Shown: positions 51,301 through 63,903, counted from the first letter of the whole stretch. The stretch is 63,903 bases of DNA, filler included, from Raillietiella orientalis (GCA_036172245.1; 3 parts of 3 records of this genome joined end to end with filler, not necessarily neighbours in it), one strand, 5' to 3'. Translations and numbers: made by a program. The notes: generated by a model from the letters alone, not told the origin.

Positions 51301-53897
51301 GCTTGTAGCGGTCCCAATCTTGGAGTGTCCGTAGCCTGAAGCTCCGTATGAACGTGTGGAGATGTTCCGATGCGTCCGGGAGCTTCAGCCAGTCCTCTGG
51401 GAGACGCCACGCTGACGAGGGGGGTCCCCTGTCGCGCGGATGGATCTCGAGGACTAGCGGGCGATGGTCGGACAGCTCGCACGGTAACTTGCCGCGCCTG
51501 CCCACGCGATGGCACAGGTGCTCGTCAAGAAACACGTGGTCAATGCTGTCTTCCATGCCCGGTGCACTGGCGAACAGATTACTGATGTGCACCGCCATGC
51601 ACACCTCGTTGACCAGGGCACGCTCGAGATTCTGCTCATCTGGTTTCAGGCTCACGTTGAAATCGCCTGCAACCAGATGGTCATTCCGCACGCCTGCTTC
51701 GGTCAGCCAGTCTCGCCGGAGGGCAAGGAAAAACTCTTTCCTCTCCCTCCTGTTTATCAGGTCCTTGCCGCTCGGTGCGTACACGTTCGTGAGGATCAGA
51801 TCGATCGAGTCGGACCACCTGAGAGTCAGCTGGCCGACACGACCGTGATCGTCGAACCGCACGCCCCGAGCCGCGGCCTCGACGGCTGACCGATGCAGGT
51901 AGGCGACACCGCAACTTTTCGCTCTCCCACACCTGTACCATAGCCGCCCTCCGGAGATCCGTTCAATCTCTTGCGCTTGCTCTGCAGAGATCACGTGGAT
52001 CTCCTGCAGCAGCGCAAGGTCGTAGGACTCGAGAAGGGCGGCCATGTCTCGTCTCCTGCCGGCGTCTGTCATGCCGTTCACGTTCCAAACGGCGATGCGC
52101 AGACGACGGCGGGAGGAGATTCTCGGCATTACTGCTGGGAAGATTAAGGTGTGGGGGAGCCCTCCTCTTGGGAGGCGGGCGGGATGTCCATGGAGGTTTC
52201 GGCCTTCTTAGGCACCTGAGGCACCTGTTCGGCCTCCACCCCCTTCATCCCCTCCGTGTCCGTGCGTGGGAGTCTCTCGGGCGACGGGTCCCGGGAGTTT
52301 CCCACGCTCATGGCACCCTCGCTTGCGGAAGCCATCTCTTCCCCTTCGACGGGGGAGACGAGCTTCCTTGGCTTTGTAGTCTTACGTCCAGCCTTCTTGC
52401 GCGGTGCCGTGGAAACGGAGGCTGCGCTTCCGGCCTCCTCCTCGGGGTCGGAAGTGGGGTCTCCTGAGGGGAGGCCGGACGCCTTACGGCCTTCTTGCCA
52501 GCCTTGGAGGGTTCTGGCTGCAACGAAGCGGCCAGCTCCTCCGCGGCTCGCGCAAAGGCTACGTCATCGATGGTGGTGTCGATGACGGACGCCGCCGCCG
52601 GCTCGCTACCCTCGCTGTTGACTGTGTCAACTGAGGGGAGGTCGTCGGTAGCGGCGAGTTCTTTCCGGCAGCGTTCGGCAACATCGAGAACGCGTTCGAC
52701 AACGACGCTGCACTCTTCAATTCTCGCGCTACCCTGCTCTTTCTTCTTCTGTTGGTAGGCGATTTTCTTTTCCATCCTCCTCTCCTTCTTTGATTTTTTG
52801 GCCGTTGCCACTTGCCAACCAGTCTCCTGGCCGGCTCCCTCAACTTTTTCGACGTTGGTCGCCGGGGTCTCGGGTGTGGCCTGGGTCTTGGGCGCGGGTG
52901 ACACAGCCTTCGCGGCAGCTTTCGCCGTCAGCCTTTTCTGCAGAAGCCGGGCGCGTTTTTCAAGGTTTCACTTGGAAACCACCCGCACTGCCTCTTTTGG
53001 GCACACCTCCCTCGTGTTGCCCCTTGTGCCGCATACTTGGCACTGCACATTGGCACACCTCTTTTTGAGGTGGCCCGACGTATTGCAGAAGCCACAGTAT
53101 TTCGGCTTCCCCACATACCAGAGGTCGACGGTTTCGCCCTCGACCACCAGTTTGTGGGGAAGAGTGCAGCCCTCCCGAACGGTCACGCGCGCAGCAGTGA
53201 GGCCGTGTTGCAGCCCCGTGTAGTCCTCGGAAGGACTTACTTTCGTCCACTGCGCGTGTACCGTTCCAAACTGTTCCAAAGCGGCGCGAACCTGTTCTTT
53301 GCGCATTCGCGCGGTCACGCCTAACAGGTGGACCACCATGCTGCGGTCCGCCGTAGTGGGGAGTAGCCTGCGCCTCTTCATCACAACGGGGGTTTTAAGC
53401 AGTCGTTGGGCCAGCTCTGCATGTTTGCAGATGACCTCAACGTACTGACCCCCGCTGCGGATGGTCATAGCGCTGAGCTCCTCCAATTTCACATCGAGAG
53501 CGCGCATGCCCTTCGAGAAGGCGCGCGCGCTCTCTAAAGAATATAAATTGCCTACCTTGTAGAACAATGAGGGGTTGTACCCCTCTTCTACATAGGCCGA
53601 CAATTCCGCCGCGGCTGCAAGCGATGGCACCGACACAACGGCGCTCCACGCCCGCGCTGCAGCGGGGACCGATTCTGTGGGGACGGATGCCCTCACCTCC
53701 ATCGCCTCCTAAGATGACGTTGCCGCCGCCCCAAGGCTCTCCATCGCTTCTGGGGGCGGCGTTTCCGCTGCCCAATAGCCATCCCTGGTGGTTGCGTCAG
53801 GCATTGCTGCCTGATCGACCACCGAATCACACGACGCTTGCACTGGGGGAGACTTCCTGGCACGAGGAGCACCGAGAAAACACGTCCACCCTGGAGC
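48354..53897 (-). mobile_element. Full-length (~5.54 kb) family A Tx1-like retrotransposon, frameshifted
   Basis: ORF1 ~53702-52129 (CGFCNTSGHLKKRC); ORF2 from ATG 52129 (EN, RT YADD, CCHC); hairpin 3' end; flanked by GCACAACGCATTCGAT (48338-48353) and GCACAGAGCGTTCGAT (53898-53913). Confidence 0.95.
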
Positions 53898-53913
53898 GCA
53901 CAGAGCGTTCGAT

Positions 53914-54927
53914 TTTCACCAGGATTTCGCCGGGGCGTTTATTGTAAAATAAACTCTTACAAAGACGTGCGGTGGCTAGACCATTGCTCCAGCCACGCAC
54001 GAAGAAACACAGAGCCTGCAGGGTCACCGGTTTGCGGACCGGTACGGTCCACCACGGCAGCATGGGGAAGGGGGAGAAACAAAAAACAAAACAAAAAAAG
54101 AAAAGAAAAGTAGGGAGGGTAAGGGAAGGGATCACAGTTGCTGGTGGGGCCGTTGCATCCTTTGCAGGATGCCGGCCAGCTCCTTCTGTATTCCTGGATC
54201 CAGGTGGGGCCATCGGGACGCCCTCTTCAGAAACTGGGAGGCTGGCTGGATGGCACCCTGGTCGCGTTGTCCTCCCGTAACCTTGCTTCAAGCGGTGACG
54301 ATCCCGCGTAGGAAACACAAAGCTGCTAACGAGGCTGCTGGCCGAAGGGCGTCGGCAACGAAGAGGGCTTTCGTTCCTCTTGGTAGCGTTGCATGCCGAA
54401 CTGTCATCACGTTCGAACGGTTTCCTGCAACCAGGCACTACCGTTAAACAGGCGACAGGTAAGCAATCCTGGGTTTTTCCGATAGAGCGCAGCCACCCTC
54501 CGTAGCTGGAGTCCGCATCGGTTGAAGCGGCGACGGAGTGCAAGAAGCGACGTCAGTCCCGTCTTTGCCGGTGGCTTGCTGGAGAACGAGACGTGCAGGG
54601 ACGCACCAACAGGTGCACCACAACTCTGGAACGAGTGCCGACAAGCGAAACTGGAGCTGAAGCTCCAGCTGCTCCAGCGTCAGGAGGCCCAGACCACCAT
54701 CCCGACGAGGAGCGCACAAGTCCTTTAAGCGGACTCGGGCCCTCCCGTTGCCCCAAAGGGAGATACGGAGGAGGTCCTTTGTCCGCTTTTTAATCCTCTC
54801 TGTGGGGGGGCAAACAAAAAGCAGATGGCGGAGGAAAGGAGCCGCGAACGTGTTCCAAACCGCGGCCCGTTCAGGCAGGAAAAACCTGCCGCCTCGGAAC
54901 GGGCCGATCGCCGTCTCTACTTTTGAC
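53914..54927 (-). mobile_element. Tandem family A copy, 5'-truncated, with internal deletion
   Basis: Highly similar to 48354-48800 joined at ~54371 to the equivalent of 49354-49908. Confidence 0.92.
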
Positions 54928-55442
54928 ACTTGAACACCCAGACTGCGCAGCATGTGGAGACACCGAAACGAGACTTCACGTTTTGACGTGTCCCAGATCG
55001 CTGCATGACTGGCTGATACTGAGAAGGATCAGCGGACTCACGAACACATCCGTAATGGAGATCCTCGCCGGGATGTTTCACGGGGATGGTAATGTTCCCT
55101 GTTACAATCCCAAGGTGAGGACGATCATAGCCCTATTCCTCACCGCCATACTTGTGCGGTGGTGAAAAATGAGAAAAGCAAAGTGAGCTGCACCACCGAT
55201 GGAGATCCTACAACGGTTTCTGAAGGTGGAAATCGGTATTGGGAACTGCGGGAAGTTCCACGTCTGGACGTACCGATTCATCCTGAAGAGGATCGAGGAC
55301 GACGCCCGGGACCATCCAGCTAGATTCCCCACCCGAAAAGCAGAACTCCAGTGCAACCCAAGGACTTCCAAGTGCAAAGTGTTTGTATTGAGCAAATGAG
55401 AGTGTGAATGTAAAAACTGTATTTTTATCGAAAAATAAATTT
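54928..55442 (+). mobile_element. 3' end of a family F element
   Basis: CAACGDTETRLHVLTC; homologous to 27600-27890; AATAAA at ~55434-55439; no hairpin. Confidence 0.78.
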
Positions 55443-56828
55443 ACCGAACCCCTTGTGGGACATGGGGAAATTGCCGAGACGGCTATGGAGCGACTGCATG
55501 CAGCGTGCTTTTGCTCGTCGCAACGCTGCTTTTCACGGCTTTCGTAGCCTTTGCAGAGCCACCTGCGCTGCAGTGGAGCAGTCCGGAACTCGAAAGAAAC
55601 AACGGAACGGGGCAAGAAGTCTTCGCACTGTTGCGTTCTTCCTGCTTTCCTACCTTTCCCTCCAGGGTGTTACGGAGATTCCCTGATTCCTGGCTCGGAG
55701 AGGTGCCTGCGAGTTGGGCTGCGAGGGAGGGCACGGCACTCGTCAAACCCGCGCGGGCCTTTTAATTGGCTTCCCCGTCGCAACTTTCCCCTTTCGTCGC
55801 GTTGCGGACGGGGATGCTTTCTTTTCATGCGCGGATCGCTCGTTGTTTTTTTCGAGTTTTCGCGGACGACGTTTTTTATTTGCGGCTGCGGCTATTCGTG
55901 CAGTGGTCTCTTGAACCCGACAAATTTTTCCTGAAGCTCTTTTTCTTGCAAGTACCCGGCACTTTTTGATTTTCGGCCCGGAATCTGTGCAATAGCGGCA
56001 TCTTGGAGAAAGGCACTCATTAATTCGGTGCTCATCCTTACCGCACTGCTCGCACGCGCGAGTCTGACCTACGAACCACAGGTGAACGACCGTGCCGTTC
56101 ACCTGCAGTTGCTCAGGGACAAAACGCCTGTTCGCGACGGTGATCTGCGCTGAGGCTTGTCCGATTTGAACAGAGGAGAAATCCGTCGAAGTGTTTATAC
56201 ACCTCCACAGGGCGTGCACGGTGGCAAACTTCGCCACCACGCTTACAACATTGCGGTCGGAGATTTCCGGTTCGATGTCGCACCATTGGACGACAAAAGA
56301 GTCGTCCATCGCGGTTGTTAGGACTTCCTTGCCATTGATTGGCAACGGCGTACGGAGAAGGCGCTGCACAAGTGCTGCGTTCTTGCACCGAATCTTCGTA
56401 TATTCCATCCTGCCAGCAGGCATTATGGCAACGAGTACCTCCTCGCAAACGCCGATCCGGACGAGCTCATCATTGAGCTCAGGTCCGATTCTCCCGTTAA
56501 GGGTTCCACTGATCTTATAACAGAGTGCAGGCATGTATCCTCATGACACATATGCCTAAAACTCCGCATCGCAGAGTCCTAGTCTTTGGGAGGTAAAGGC
56601 GGCGTAACTCCTCACCGGGGCAAGGAAACCATTACGGAGGATGCGGCCGCTTCAAGTGCAGCTGAAGTGCATCCAGTGGCTTGCTCCTCCACACTATCCT
56701 GTGTACTGGCCATGTTGCACTAAGCTACTTGGCAGATTGCACAGGAACCCACAAGTGCGAGCGAAAACGCAGGCACAAAGTTGGCCGATCGTTGGCGCGG
56801 GTAGACGCCGAAACACGTCTGTACTGTA
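55443..56828 (-). mobile_element. Family E element, 5' part (divergent ORF1)
   Basis: ORF 55743-56534 with VHLWFVGQTRACEQCGKDEHRINEC; 5' AGACGTGTTT at 56820-56811. Confidence 0.78.
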
Positions 56829-57564
56829 CGAGCGCAAGAGATCGCACGGATCTCGGGTGGGCGGCTGTTGTGGCGTGGCAACACCGCGAAATCAAGCAGC
56901 GTCGCCTTCCGGCTTCGGCCAGCCATCGAGACCGCAATGAAGGACCTTCGGTTCGATGACGCAGGTCGCGTCGGTCAGCTGACTCTCAGCTGGTCCGACT
57001 ATTTCGACCTGGTCGTCAGCAACCTATACGCTCCTAGCGGAAACTCCGCGTTGTGGGCGAAGGCACGAAGGGAGTTCTACCTTGTCTTGAAACGCAATTG
57101 GCTGACCGATGCAGCAGTTCGCAAAGCGCACCTGATCGCAGGTGATTTCAACCTGCGCCTGCTTTCAGGTGCGCCGGATACACTGAACGACCGCGTGAAC
57201 GAGTTGGGCGCACAAATAAACGCGCAACTTGTTGGCCGGGGATACGGCCATGGAACGCAGCATCGATCACGTGTACCTTGACTAGCACCTATGCTCTCGG
57301 GTGGGCAGGTGCGGCAAGGTACAATCCGAGCTGTCAGATCATGGTCGGATCATGTTCGAAGTGCGTTTGCGCGACAAGTGCCTTCCATCGTCAGCGTGGC
57401 GTCTGTCAGGGGACTGGCTAAAGTTCCCGACGCGGCGGAGCACCTCCGCGCGTTTATTCGGAGCTTCAGGATGCAGACACTTCAGGACTGGGACCGCTTC
57501 AAGCGGTCGGTCCAGGAGTTCTGCGACCAGTTCCACCTGCATCGCCTACCTGCGGGATTTGGGG
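56829..57564 (+). mobile_element. Family A-like host EN segment (left part)
   Basis: AQEIARISGGRL..RFDD..NLYAPSG..AGDFN..SDH..TLQDWDRFKRSV..LPAGFG. Confidence 0.9.
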
Positions 57565-60500
57565 TTGTCACCCGGGTACGCCCGAAGCGTTTATTGAGAA
57601 AAACTCTACATAAACGTCGTACGAGGCCCCACTAACGGCCACACAACGCCGGACCTGCCGCAACGCCGGGACGCATCCCATTGTGACGCTCCTCGGCAGT
57701 GGAGGGGGATAATGATCAAAACAAAAAGAAAAATAAAGATGAGGAGAACAAAAAAAAGTTTGGAGGAAGGGAAAGGGATCACAATCCACTAGAAGAAAAA
57801 TCCGTTCCTTCGCAAGATGCCCTCCAGGTCCATCTTCATGCTTCCCAGAAGGGGCCATCTCGCAGCTCTCCGCATGAAGCAGACCGCATACGGGATGACA
57901 TCTTTCGCGTTGGCATCCACTCCTTCGTCGCGAATGTCGCTCCAGGCTGCCACGATGCCCCGAATGCAGCCGAGGGCTGCGAGGGCTGCGGCGGGCTGCA
58001 GGGCGTCGCGCATGAAGAGGGACCGAAGAACGTCTCTGTGCGCGCTGCCCTTTGGGAGCCCGAGGGTCGTTCCGAACCGTTCCCACAGGGGTCGGAGGGC
58101 AGCACAGTCAACAAGTAGGTGGGGGAGCGAATCCCGCTCCCCTCACCTGGCACACTCAGGCCTTACACTTCCCCGCGTCCAGTGGAAGCGGCGCGCGTCG
58201 CAGGGTAGACCCCAGGGCAACAGCAGCAGCGCCGAATCTTGCCACTTCGTTGGAAGAAGCTTGGAGCCAATTAATATTGTGGGCCACTTCATGTCATCCG
58301 TCGGGATGCCGAGCAGCTCGCCCCATCTTCAAAGTTCACACGGGAGGGCACTCGGGGTCGTGGCACCTGCCAGTTTTTCCAAGGTCCAAACGCTGTTCTT
58401 CTTTTCCTTGCCTGCGATTCGGCAAGAGACTTGCCACTTTGGAGTACGGCCGCTGGTTAAAGCCGTTCGTAGGAAGGGCAGGTTCGAATCTAGAGGGGTA
58501 GTCTTCGCTCACGTGCTCCTGGCGGGACACTCCAGACTAGTCCGCAGTGTGCAGCAGGCGTTGGGGCCGGATCGCAGGCGGTTTTATTCCGAAGAAGTCT
58601 GGAGGTTTAGCTTGGCCCACGTCGCAACGGATTCCTCCAGCCAGGCGGAGGATTTGGCGGAGCTGCATACCGTCCAGCCGTTGTCTCTCAACAGGGCTTC
58701 CATGCGCTCAAGGAGAGAGCCGCATCTTCTGACCTTCCTGCCAGAGCACAGAAGGTACTACGCGTGTCATTGCGTCCTGGAGACACGGCTGGCGAGGATA
58801 CTAGCCGGACCTCACCAAGGGGTGCTCCATGAATTCACTGCGATGGCGGTGGTGCGCCATCGCAACTGTATGTCCAGGCGATCCAGCGTCAGGATGCCGA
58901 GACCGCCGTCCCGACGAGGAGCGCATAAGTCATCTAGAGGCACACGTGGCCTCCCGCTGCCCCGAAGGGCGATGTGGAGTAGGTCGTTGGTCCTCTTTTT
59001 TATGTCACGGGGGACGGGGCAAACAAAAAGCAGTGAGCGGAGGATGAAAGCCGCAAACGCGTTCCACACCGCGGCCCGTTCAGGCAGAAGGAACTTGCCT
59101 TCCAGGAACGGGCCGATTGGCAACTCTACATTCTGGAGACTTCCTGACCAGGCTTCTTAGAGGCAGAAGTCCTTCAACGGGACACCCAGGTCCTTCAGGT
59201 ACCTGGCCACGGAAATCCACAAGCTAATGCAGACAGGCCGTCCGACCCACGTCGCACCCACCGGTACGACCGACGACTTCGCCTTGTTTACCCGAAGTCC
59301 AGCCCCACGACTTAGCAGGTCGAAGAAATCCTCGACTGCGGCTGCCGGGGCGGACATGGGCAACATGAGCAGAAGGTCGTCGGCGTATGCTTCTACGGCG
59401 GGAGTGCCGGGGCACAAGCTGGTCAGAACAGCCAAAGTCACCCTGTACGATCTCAGCACCAACTCAAAGTAGGTGCTAAAGAGCAGGGGACTGAGGCAAT
59501 CGCCTTGCCGTATGACACGCCGCACCGGCACGCCGTACACCTGTTGGCTGGAGAAAGTGATGTTAATTATGGCGTTGCGCCAGCAGGAGCGCAGAAAGGA
59601 GAGAAGGTAGGGTGGGAAGCCCATGTGACCCAGAAGCTCCAACAGTAGCTTCTGGTCAACGCAGTCGAACGCCTTATGGAGATCGACCGCGATCGCTATG
59701 GCCTTCTTCCCAGCCCAGGTGTCCATTCGCAGCCCAGCTGGCGGCCCCAAAGTGGGGTTGTCAATCTTACCGCTAGTGTCATTTAGGCAGTGCTGCACAT
59801 GGAACCATGTGCACGCGAAGTACAGGTTGGCATCCATACTTACGCTCTGGAACAGCGTATGTCGGCTCCAGGCTAATTATAGAGTCTGCCACCTGTCCTA
59901 GACGCGAAGCCCACATTCCAGCGACCAGTTAGGCGTCCGTATTCACAATTGTGATCGGACGCAAATTGCCTAAGAATTTAATGTCTCCTCCCTTAGGGAG
60001 GAGCCTCACACGGGCTGACCAAATTGAAGCGGGAACGTCATCTCGGATCAGCCCTTTCAACTGGAGCACCACGGGGGCCAGCTCCGCCGCGAAGCATTGA
60101 AAAAATTCCGCAGGCAGGCCGTCGCCCCCTGGCGCCTCACGCCTCTTGAGCCTTTTAATACCGGGGATAATTTCACCGGTAGAAAAAGGCTCGTCGAGGC
60201 TAACCCTCTCCTCCTCCTCTATTGCTGGTGCTCCGTCCGGAAGCAGGAGCCGCGATGCGTCCCGCTCTAGGGGTGCCCTAGCGTAGAGGGAGGAATACTA
60301 ATGCCGCACAAGGTGCCTGATCGCAATTGGGGCCCATCGCTCCCGGCCCTTGTCGTCCAGCAAGCTGGCCTACCCGGAGTGCCAGGCTTGGCGCTTGGCC
60401 CCGGCTCGATATTCGGCCAGGCGACGGACATTGGTGGTCCTGCGTACTGGCGGGCCTGTAAATAGGCCGTATGGTTCCAAGCCCCTTCTAAAAATCCGGG

Positions 60501-63227
60501 GGACAGGCGGTGCAGGGGGAAATCCTCGCAGAACTCGCATACCGAGGCCTTGAAGAGGTCCCAATCTATGAGACTGCTGAGGGTGACGCCTCTCAGGAAT
60601 TCGCGAAGGTGATCCTTCGCACCTAAGAGCCGCGTCCAGTCCCCAGGCAGCCGCCACGCTTTGGACGGGGGTCCTCTTTCGCGCGGGCAAACCTCGGCGA
60701 TTATCCTGAAATCGTCCGACAGCGTCGACGCAACTTTCACCCGTTTACCGACCCTTAAGCACAGGTCGGCATCCAGGAAGAAATGGTCGATGCTGCGGTC
60801 CATTCACTTCGCATCCGCCAACGAGGTGTGCGTGCGCATGACAGCGCAAAACTCGTTGACCGTGCGTTCTTTTGCTTCGGGCTCACCTGACAGCAGTCGC
60901 AGATTAAAGTCTCCAGCTATCAGGTGTGCCTTTTGTACATTCGTGTCGGCCAGCCATTCGGGGTTAGGGGTTTCCAGCAGCCTGGTACGGTCGCTGTATC
61001 CCTTTTTTCCGCTAAGTGCGTACATTTTCGTGACGACCAGATCGATCGAATCGGACCAGCTGAGAGGCAGCTGACCTACCCAACCGTCGCCATCGAAGCG
61101 TACGCCCTTCACAGCAGCGTCGATGGCCGGCTTTACGGAAAACGCTACCCCACAGGTGTTCCGGGCGCCGCATCGCCAGTACAGCCGACCCCCCGCGATC
61201 GTTTCCATCTCCTGGACGTCTGCCGCAGAGATCACGTCGATCTCATGCAGCAGGGTTAGGTCGAACTCACGCAGGGTGTCGGCCGTATCTCGTCTGTTGC
61301 GTCGTCGCGCAGCCCGCTGACGTTCCAACTGGCCACGCGGATTCGACGGCGACAGGCGAGCCCAGGTGTTATTCCTGGGTAATCGGATCTGCGGCGTCCG
61401 CCACCTGTTGGGGCATGACGTTAGATGGAGAAGGAGAGGGACAGGTGCTGAAGGCACCTGGTCCTCCTCCTCCATAAGTACCGTAGCGTCGAGCTGCTCC
61501 CTATCCGGTGGGGTCGCGCCTACCTGTTGGCCCTCCTCCATAGGGGTGGGCTGTCCAGATTTCGCGAAGGCAAGGAACACCACGCCTCCCTGCTCACCCT
61601 TCTCGATGGAAGTGGCCGACTCGACGACTTCCGCGCGTGGGATTTCCCCATCCGGGATTCCCACGCTGCCGTCGGCTTCCTCCTTCTCCTCCTCGCTCGT
61701 GGAGGGGAGGCGCCTCCTCGGCTTTTGGGACCTGCGTCCGCTCTTCCGGAGGTTGCCTCCGACGAGGAGGATGCACTTCCGGCCCCCAGGTCGCACTCAC
61801 CTGCGGGGGCTTTCTTCGCGGAAACCGGCCTTCGCACGGCCTTGCGCGAGGGGTTCTCACGCTCGACCAGCGTGGCCGCGAGCTCCTCCGCCGCCTGAGC
61901 GAACGCGGCGTCCTCGCTTTCGGCGCTCGCTTCGCGCGGCTCACCCTCTGATCAACCAGTGGGTTCGCCGTCGCGAACCTCGGGCGCGGCGCAAACGGCG
62001 AGGGGAGGCTCGTCGCCCCGGGTGGCAACCTCGGGAACGGCAACCCGTTCGATTGCCAGCGTGCACTCGCGAAGAGTTTTCGAGCGCGGACCGGATTTTT
62101 TCGGTTACGCGCTCTTTTCTTTCTTCGCTCTCGCAGGTTCCACGGGGGGAACTTTTTTCTCCTTCCTGGCCTTAACCAGCTTTCATCCTTCTTCCTCTCT
62201 TGCGTCTTCAGTGGGGTTTTCCTCCGACGCCTGGTTGGGTGGAACAGGAGATGGCGGCTGGGGCCGGCCAGTATCGCGCACTGGTCTTTCCTCCAGCTTG
62301 GCTCCTTTGCCCTGTGCCTTTCTGGCTGCAGGGGGAACCGGGGAGGGGCGTTTTAAACACACGCGCCGAACGTGGCCGCGCTTCCCGCACAGGTGCTAAT
62401 GGATGTTTGCACATCGTCTGCGAACGTGTGCTACGGCATCTTTGTAGCCGCAATACCATGGCTTCCCCACGTACCAGAGGTCGACCGATTCTCTGGCAAC
62501 CTCCAGCTTGTGCGGGAGCCCACAATCCTCATTGACGGTGACTCGCGCCGCAGTCTGGCCCCCGGAAAGGTTATTGTAGCCTTCAAGGATCGTTGGTTTA
62601 GGCCACAGCGCGTGCACATCGCCGTATTCTTTTAATGCCTCACTCACTGCAGAGCGAGACATGCGGTTCTTGATTCCGGTTAAATACACCACAACGGAGC
62701 GGTCCATTGTAACCGTATAGATCTTGTGGCCTTCTACCGTCAGTGGGTTATTTATCAAGCGCTGTGTCGAAGTGATGTCTTTGCACACCACCTCAACTTG
62801 GTGACCCCTGCTGAGGACGGAGAGGCCGTCAAGATCTTCTTGATTAACAGTCGCTGACTGCAGCGCCCTCGTTAAGGCACGTGCAGTCTTCCAGTCGAAC
62901 AGGTTGCCTATGTTGTATACAAGCGATGGCTTCTACCCGACGGCCTTGTACGTTGCTTGTTCAGCCAAGGTTTACGCGCTAGGCGCGAAAACCATGGCGC
63001 TTAAGCTCCTCGTCTTGGGCGACCAGGGCGATTCCAGGGAGGATGCCCCTGATTCTATAGTTCTCGGGGGGGGTTAGCCTCTTCCACTCCTACCTCCATC
63101 GTGGTGTCCTCTGGCAGCGATGCCATCAAAAACAAACGATGTGAAACAGCACACACTTAACCAAAGAAAACCGCTTTCCAGTACTCGTACTTAGAGCGCC
63201 GGAAGAACACGTCCACTCTCGGAAAGA
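57565..63227 (-). mobile_element. Full-length (~5.66 kb) family B Tx1-like retrotransposon nested in the family A-like host
   Basis: ORF1 from ATG ~63126, EN, RT (DLHKAFD, YADD), CCHC and hairpin end; flanked by GGGATTTGGGG (57554-57564) and GGGAGTTGGGG (63228-63238); host resumes collinearly. Confidence 0.93.
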
Positions 63228-63903
63228 GGGAGTTGGGGAGAGGCCAAGTAACGAAAGGTGCTATCTTCAGGCCCGACGTTACGCAAGAACCCCCGACATG
63301 CGCAGGTTAGCGAAATACCGAGCGAGAGCCGAGAGGCATGCCTGGAAATCCGGGTTGGCCAGCTTGCTGGGTGACCAGCGTCTGGAGCACTCGGTTCCGG
63401 CTCAGAAACGCAGGATAGTGAGGAAATTTTACTGTTCCCTGTACGTCACTTCGCCTTTGGAGCAGGATATTTTACGACTCCTGCTTCCGGAAGGTGCTCC
63501 AGCGATTGGGGAGGTGGAGAAAAGGAAACTCGACGAGCCTTTCACGATGGGCGAGATCATCTCGGCCATCGGAAAGCTCAAAAGGCGAACGGTTCCAGGG
63601 GAGGAAGGATTGCCTGCGGACTTTTATCAAACTTTCGCATCAGACGTTACCCCCTTGGTACATCAGCTCACCTTGCTGATCCGCGAAACAGGTGACGTTC
63701 CCACCTCGTTTCGTTCGGCAAAGGTGCGTCTCCTCCATAATGGAGGAGACCTTAGGAGCATGAACATCTGACGTCCTATCACAATAGTGAATGCGGACGC
63801 CAAGTTGCCAGCCAAGCTGTAAGCAGAGCGCCTGGGACGGTTCGCCAGCATCTTCATCAACTCGGAACAGACATATGCTGTTCCCGGGCGAAGTATGGAA
63901 GCG
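63228..63903 (+). mobile_element. Family A-like host ORF2 (right part, linker + RT start)
   Basis: RRLAKYRA...PGEEGLPADFYQ...SFRSAKVRLL; continues 56829-57564. Confidence 0.9.

Noticed and set aside
57817..59160. 447-aa plus-strand ORF and similar long antisense ORFs
   Set aside because: Shadow ORFs of GC-rich retroelement coding sequence with no recognisable domain.

Overview
Repeat-dense eukaryotic (invertebrate) nuclear DNA made of three contigs joined by artificial N44-TTAATTAATTAA-N44 spacers (22244-22343, 44209-44308). No intact host gene is evident. Contigs 1 and 3 are nests of decayed Tx1/L1-type non-LTR retrotransposons (CCHC-knuckle ORF1; APE endonuclease-RT-CCHC ORF2). The main observation is that several related families, labelled A-E here, each insert antisense at their own conserved motif inside other retroelements: the RT 'AFD' motif, the EN-RT linker 'GFG', the EN 'QFD/RFD', ORF1 'ECSVV', and EN 'AQEI'. 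Where both junctions survive there are 11-16 bp target-site duplications, the same site is re-used in tandem, and 1-11300 reads as an A>C>D>A cycle. The families share a 3' AATAAA+hairpin end with no poly(A) tail and a 5' DPE-like (A/G)GACGTG motif. Contig 1 also holds a split RLE-type (NeSL/Utopia-like) element and a decayed Bel/Pao pol. Contig 2 is a patchwork of a 28S rDNA fragment, a cob-nad6-nad4 numt, and many 50-450 bp Rickettsiales-like gene fragments (hisS, rluB-like, clpB, resolvase, lpxB, virB11, AcrB-like, rpoC, TerC, recG, TraA-like, IS481). lpxB argues against Wolbachia as the donor. Family labels are mine, and all assignments come from manual reading without database searches.
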